Assembly (NCBI RefSeq): GCF_046524175.1
Contig: NZ_JBEFZF010000002.1
Coordinates: 107,304 to 171,303, forward strand
Length of the DNA: 64,000 bases
Direction: 5' to 3'
DNA from: Spongiivirga sp. MCCC 1A20706
Lineage (GTDB): Bacteria; Bacteroidota; Bacteroidia; Flavobacteriales; Flavobacteriaceae
The position numbers and the translations under genes were made by a program. The notes under the pieces were generated by a model. It did not search any database, had not been told where the DNA came from, and saw only the letters and a program-made list of their open reading frames with translations. How positions within the stretch are numbered: the first letter of the stretch is position 1; each line of letters begins with the position of its first letter. Positions 59,504 through 64,000 of this stretch are shown piece after piece.

Positions 59504-61912
59504 ATGATTACTAGTTATTTGAAAACAACATTTCGATCATTAATAGCCAACCCAGTATTTACTGGTTTAAATGTTTTTGGTTTGATAGTAGGATTCTCTG
59601 TAATGTATTTAGCATCTGGGTATTTAATTTTTGAAAATAGCTATGATACATTTCATGAAAACAGCGAAGAATTATACCGTGTTGCAAGAAAGATAAGGTC
59701 CCAAGACTATGCAGTTGTGGGCTTTAATGATAGCACTGCCGAGGAGCAAGAAAAGCAAATAGAGACAATTAAGAACATCACCGGAATAAAGAATGCTACT
59801 CAATTTATGGTTTTCAATGAGGTTGAATACCTAAATAAGGATGGGAAAAATTATGAAATAAAGCAAGTATTACATACCAACACCCCAGAGTCATTTGTGA
59901 AAATGTTTTCTTGGCAAATTTTGTCCGGCTCATTGGATAGTTTCTACGATAGTCCAAACACCGTTATGTTAACTGAATCGGAAGCGAAAAGGATTTTTGA
60001 ACAGGATATTTCGCAAGTCGTAGGTGAAACTGTTGAAATCGATGGTATAAACTTTCGCATCGCAGCAGTGATAAAAGATGTTCCTAAAAATTCTCATTTC
60101 GACTTTCAACTTGCTTTAAATCAGAAAACGATCAACTATTGGGGGAGTCATTTATATGTACAGCTAGCACCTAAGATTGATTTAGCTGGCCTTAAAACAA
60201 CGTTTGACTCTGAAATGAAAAAAATAATACCTCGTTTGGCCAATTCTGAAATACACAAAGGGCATTTTTTTCAACCAATAACTGATATCCATTTAAAGTC
60301 TAATATTCTATATGAATTAAAAACACCCGGTAACATTCAGTATATATACATTATTGGGATAGTGGGTTTTTTGATTTTAGTAATCACCATTTTTAATTAT
60401 ACCAATTTCACGCTGGCGCTTAAAGCGAAAAAATCAAAAACAATTGGGGTAAGAAAAGTAATGGGGGCATCTAGTAACAACATAGTCAAACAGTTTGTGG
60501 TAGAAGCAATAGTATTAGTCATTTTGTGTATGCCAGTTACTTTTTTACTAATAAGTGTTATCACTCCAATTTTTAATGAATTTATGGGAGTACAGTTGGC
60601 CTCCAATATGCTAACAGAACCATTAACCCTGCTGTATTTTGTTATTCTTGCATTGGTATTTGGAGTTTTGTCCAGCATTGCTCCTGCATTTTTGTTATCA
60701 AAAAGAAAGGCAATAACGTTATTCAACGAAAAATTAAAAGAAAAGAGCTTTCAACAGTTTTCGCTAAGAAAATATCTTGTGATCAGCCAATTTTCAATTT
60801 TAATTGGTGTTACCTGTGTTTCCTATTTCATGTATCAACAAATAAAATATATAGAAGATAAAGATGTAGGGTATAACAGCAAGAATTTAATTTACACCTA
60901 TTCCTCAGAGGAGACGTTAGACTTGTTTCAAAAAGAAATAAGAGCAATACCAGGAGTTAATTATGTGGGTAACGGGTCCTCTTTCGCGATAGAAACATTC
61001 AACAACATTAATTATAAAATTGAAGATTCTGATGAAGTTTTTTCAGATTCAAATCAGTTTTATCTTGATTATGATGCCATTCAGGCTTATCAATTAAAAA
61101 CCACATTGTCGCCTGAAATTTTTAATTCAACTGAAAAGCGATTTAGGCGAACACTAATAAATAGATCGGCAGCTGAACGCTTTGCGGCTATTAGGCAAGT
61201 TAGTCCTGACAATATTATTGGAATGACTGTTGTTACAGAACCTTCTTACCAAAATGAAGATGGTACTATGGGGTTTCCTTTTACAGTAGATGGTATTTAT
61301 GAAGACATTAATGTGTTTTCATTAAAGGAAAACATTACCAGTTATTTTATTACTGTTTCTGATAGAGTTAGAATGTCTGGGCGCAGTATAGTTTCGGTTG
61401 ATGCTTCAATAATGCCAGAAGTAGTTAACAAAATAAAGGCCATACACAGTGATCTTGATGAAAAAAACCCTTTACAAATAGAATACGCAGATAATAGCTT
61501 TCAAGAATTACATAAACAGGATTCAAAAACTGCTAATCTCATTTTTATTTTAAACTTCTTGGCGACATTTTTAGCGTTCTCAGGAATAATTGGTATCACT
61601 TTACTCTTAGTAGTAGGGAAGACTAAGGAGATCGGGATTCGGAAAATATTAGGTGCTTCATTGTATGCGATACTTAAATTATCGGTAAAAGAATATATCT
61701 CTTTTATTATTGTTTCTTTCCTAATAGGAGCGCCCATAGCTTGGATTGTAATTAGAAAGTGGCTTTCAAACTTTGCTTATAAAGTGCAAATACAGCCGAC
61801 CGTTTTTTTGTTGGTACCGCTATTTACTTTTTTACTGATAGCTTTAGTAGTTGGAGGAGTATCCTTTCAAGCAGCTCGCGCAAATCCTGTAAAAAGTTTA
61901 CGAACCGAATAA
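59504..61912 (+). CDS. FtsX-family ABC permease (paralogue 5, most diverged)
   Basis: MITSYLKTTFRSLIANPVFTGLNVFGLIVGF. Ends NPVKSLRTE. Confidence 0.8.
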   Translation: MITSYLKTTFRSLIANPVFTGLNVFGLIVGFSVMYLASGYLIFENSYDTFHENSEELYRVARKIRSQDYAVVGFNDSTAEEQEKQIETIKNITGIKNATQFMVFNEVEYLNKDGKNYEIKQVLHTNTPESFVKMFSWQILSGSLDSFYDSPNTVMLTESEAKRIFEQDISQVVGETVEIDGINFRIAAVIKDVPKNSHFDFQLALNQKTINYWGSHLYVQLAPKIDLAGLKTTFDSEMKKIIPRLANSEIHKGHFFQPITDIHLKSNILYELKTPGNIQYIYIIGIVGFLILVITIFNYTNFTLALKAKKSKTIGVRKVMGASSNNIVKQFVVEAIVLVILCMPVTFLLISVITPIFNEFMGVQLASNMLTEPLTLLYFVILALVFGVLSSIAPAFLLSKRKAITLFNEKLKEKSFQQFSLRKYLVISQFSILIGVTCVSYFMYQQIKYIEDKDVGYNSKNLIYTYSSEETLDLFQKEIRAIPGVNYVGNGSSFAIETFNNINYKIEDSDEVFSDSNQFYLDYDAIQAYQLKTTLSPEIFNSTEKRFRRTLINRSAAERFAAIRQVSPDNIIGMTVVTEPSYQNEDGTMGFPFTVDGIYEDINVFSLKENITSYFITVSDRVRMSGRSIVSVDASIMPEVVNKIKAIHSDLDEKNPLQIEYADNSFQELHKQDSKTANLIFILNFLATFLAFSGIIGITLLLVVGKTKEIGIRKILGASLYAILKLSVKEYISFIIVSFLIGAPIAWIVIRKWLSNFAYKVQIQPTVFLLVPLFTFLLIALVVGGVSFQAARANPVKSLRTE

Positions 61913-61937
61913 TCAATCATCATAAATCAATCAAAGA

Positions 61938-64000
61938 ATGTTTAAGAATCACTTAAAAATAGCATGGCGAAGTATTTTAAAAGATAAACTGTTTACGAGT
62001 ATAAAAATTGGCGGTTTTGCCGTTGGTATCGCCGCCTGTTTACTCATTACCTTTTTTATAAAAGATGAGTTAAGTTACGATAAGCATTACGAGAAAAAAG
62101 ATCAGATTTACAGAGTTGTTTTTCAGGGGATGTTCAATGGTGAGGTAATGAAAAGTGTTCATTTTCCATTGCCCTTTGCAGAAGCACTTCAAAACGACTT
62201 TCCTGAAATAACAAAGGCAGGAAAGGTAAACGCTTCAGAACTTTTCGGAGCCGGCAAACGTTCTTTAAAAGTTAGTGGCAAGTCAAGAAATAACTTAGAA
62301 GATGGGTTTTTACTGGCGGATCAGAATGCACTAGAGGTACTAGAAATATCACTCGGAGAAGGCGACCTTGAAAGCGCAATGACGCAGCCTAAAAGCATGG
62401 TAATGTCACACGAAAAAGCAAAAATCTACTTTCCTAACGGTAATGCTGTTGGTAAAACAGTGGTTTTAGATGACAATCCTGACGAAACGTATACCGTAAC
62501 TGGGGTGATAAATCCTTCATTACATAAATCGCATTTAAACTTTGATTTCTTGTTGAGGATTGAGGATCAAAACATGAATTGGACGCATCAAAATTATTAT
62601 ACCTATATACAAGTTGCTCCTAACACAAATGTCGCCGATTTAGAAAAAAAGATGTTTTCGATAATGGAAGATTACATCATTCCCGCACAAATTGAACGAA
62701 GTAGATCGGCAGATTTTATAGAAGTTTTAAAAACCATTGAGTATAAGCTACAGCCAATCGCAGATGTACATTTAAAATCTGATATAAGAATGAACGACGG
62801 ATTGCGGCATGGAGATATCAGATTTGTTTGGTTGTTTGGTGCTATCGCAATTTTTATATTGTTATTGGCTTGCATCAATTTCATCAACTTATCAACTGCA
62901 AAATCGGCTAACCGAGCAAAAGAAGTCGGATTACGAAAAACGGTGGGAGCCTTCAAGCGAAATCTCGTTACCCAGTTTTTAACGGAGTCGGTGCTGTTTA
63001 GCATCGCTTCGTTCGCACTGGGAATTTTATTGACATGGTTGTTGCTTCCTACATTCAATGAAATAGCAGGAAAAAGCATTAGTATGCCTTGGGGACAAGT
63101 ATGGTTTGTTACCATTCTTCCTTTAGCCGCTTTAGTAGTAGGGCTTGTTGCCGGGCTATATCCGGCATTTTATTTATCGGCATTTAGACCGGTCAATGTA
63201 TTAAAAGGGAGTTTACAAGTAGGAGCTAAAAGCGGGAAACTGAGAAGTGGCCTTGTCATATTTCAGTTTACGACCTCGGTTGTTCTGATCATAAGTACAT
63301 TGGTTATTTATAAGCAAATGGACTTTATCCTTCAAAAGGAATTGGGTTATGAAAAGGAGCAAGTACTGGTAATTAACGGGGCTGAATCGCTTGGAAAAAA
63401 GGTGGAGAGCTTTAAAAATCAGTTAAGTGAGTTATCATTTGTAAGCCAAGTATCTCAAAGCGGGTATTTACCAGTAGATGGTTACGAGCGCAATGGGAAT
63501 ACATTTAAAAATGAAGGAGAGGGAGCGGAAACAAGGGGTGTACCAGGTCAAATATGGCGAGTTGATTATAGCTATCTAAATACGCTTGGAATTAAATTAA
63601 AACAGGGGCGAGATTTTTCAGAAGAATATGCCTCTGATGCCTCCGAAGCCATTATTATTAACGAGAAAATGGCTGGCCAATTAGGTCTTGAAAATCCGAT
63701 AGGTAAGTTTATTAATAACAACTATGCCACTTGGAAGATTGTTGGGGTTATTGAAGATTTTCATTTTAAATCGCTAAAAGAAGATATTCAACCGCTGTCT
63801 CTAGTGATCGGCAGAAATTACGGCGCCATCATGATTAAGTTAAAAGGAAACTCCATCAATGAAGCGGTTTCATCGGTAGCGTCTGTTTGGAATAAAAATA
63901 TGCCCGATCAAAATTTCAGCTATACCTTTTTAGACCAAGACTTTGCAACGATGCATCAAGATGTAAAACGAATGGGAGTGATTTTTAACAGCTTTGCATT
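61938..64000 (+). CDS. FtsX-family ABC permease (paralogue 6 of the tandem set, seventh transporter-related gene in the operon); 3' end beyond window
   Basis: ATG at 61938 opens MFKNHLKIAWRSILKDKLFTSIKIGGFAVGIAAC..., in frame to the window end. Absent from the ORF track because it has no stop. Confidence 0.8.
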   Translation, partial: MFKNHLKIAWRSILKDKLFTSIKIGGFAVGIAACLLITFFIKDELSYDKHYEKKDQIYRVVFQGMFNGEVMKSVHFPLPFAEALQNDFPEITKAGKVNASELFGAGKRSLKVSGKSRNNLEDGFLLADQNALEVLEISLGEGDLESAMTQPKSMVMSHEKAKIYFPNGNAVGKTVVLDDNPDETYTVTGVINPSLHKSHLNFDFLLRIEDQNMNWTHQNYYTYIQVAPNTNVADLEKKMFSIMEDYIIPAQIERSRSADFIEVLKTIEYKLQPIADVHLKSDIRMNDGLRHGDIRFVWLFGAIAIFILLLACINFINLSTAKSANRAKEVGLRKTVGAFKRNLVTQFLTESVLFSIASFALGILLTWLLLPTFNEIAGKSISMPWGQVWFVTILPLAALVVGLVAGLYPAFYLSAFRPVNVLKGSLQVGAKSGKLRSGLVIFQFTTSVVLIISTLVIYKQMDFILQKELGYEKEQVLVINGAESLGKKVESFKNQLSELSFVSQVSQSGYLPVDGYERNGNTFKNEGEGAETRGVPGQIWRVDYSYLNTLGIKLKQGRDFSEEYASDASEAIIINEKMAGQLGLENPIGKFINNNYATWKIVGVIEDFHFKSLKEDIQPLSLVIGRNYGAIMIKLKGNSINEAVSSVASVWNKNMPDQNFSYTFLDQDFATMHQDVKRMGVIFNSFA

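Noticed and set aside
62672-63115. Minus-strand 147-aa ORF
   Set aside because: Antisense within the seventh FtsX permease paralogue, whose frame is open from 61938 to the window end.

Overview
This 64-kb window is a low-GC chromosomal segment whose gene content is typical of Bacteroidota: LytTR-type regulators, PD40/TPR/LVIVD lipoproteins, and many tandem FtsX/MacB-like permeases. Every call below comes from reading the six-frame translations and the DNA directly; no searches were run.

**Housekeeping genes.** The 5' end of lepA (partial, minus strand), a PD40 beta-propeller lipoprotein, an M28 peptidase with a PDZ domain, a radical-SAM protein, lgt, a tRNA-dihydrouridine synthase, a LolC/E-like permease, rbfA and a VOC/methylmalonyl-CoA-epimerase-like protein.

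**tRNA-Met locus and possible island remnant.** A tRNA-Met (CAT anticodon) is followed by a 5.6-kb AT-rich insert. The insert is bounded by an exact 30-bp direct repeat of the tRNA 3' end and carries no integrase. A degenerate 5' tRNA fragment sits 110 bp upstream of the intact tRNA.

**H-NOX phosphorelay next to an exopolysaccharide locus.** A minus-strand operon encodes CheY-like receiver, H-NOX haem/NO sensor, PAS histidine kinase, Hpt and a REC-LytTR regulator. It lies immediately upstream of a synthase-dependent polysaccharide locus: TolC-like outer-membrane factor, HlyD-like adaptor, UDP-N-acetylhexosamine dehydrogenase, a protein with five Cys pairs, and a processive GT2 synthase. Both operons share a conserved GTCGACGA-containing box upstream of their first genes.

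**Other loci.**
- A LysR regulator divergent from an SbtA-like permease.
- An SPFH protein.
- A roughly 1-kb non-coding stretch with degenerate tRNA-like elements.
- RtcB RNA ligase divergent from a WYL-domain (BrxR/CapW-like) regulator, which is followed on its own strand by a 125-aa protein ending in Gly-Gly and an 866-aa uncharacterised protein. This is a candidate stress/defence module.
- A sigma54-dependent two-component system divergent from a tripartite MacB-type efflux operon (outer-membrane factor, adaptor, one ATPase). The operon carries seven tandem ~800-aa FtsX-family permease paralogues; the last runs off the window.

No CRISPR array, integrase, transposase or rRNA was seen.
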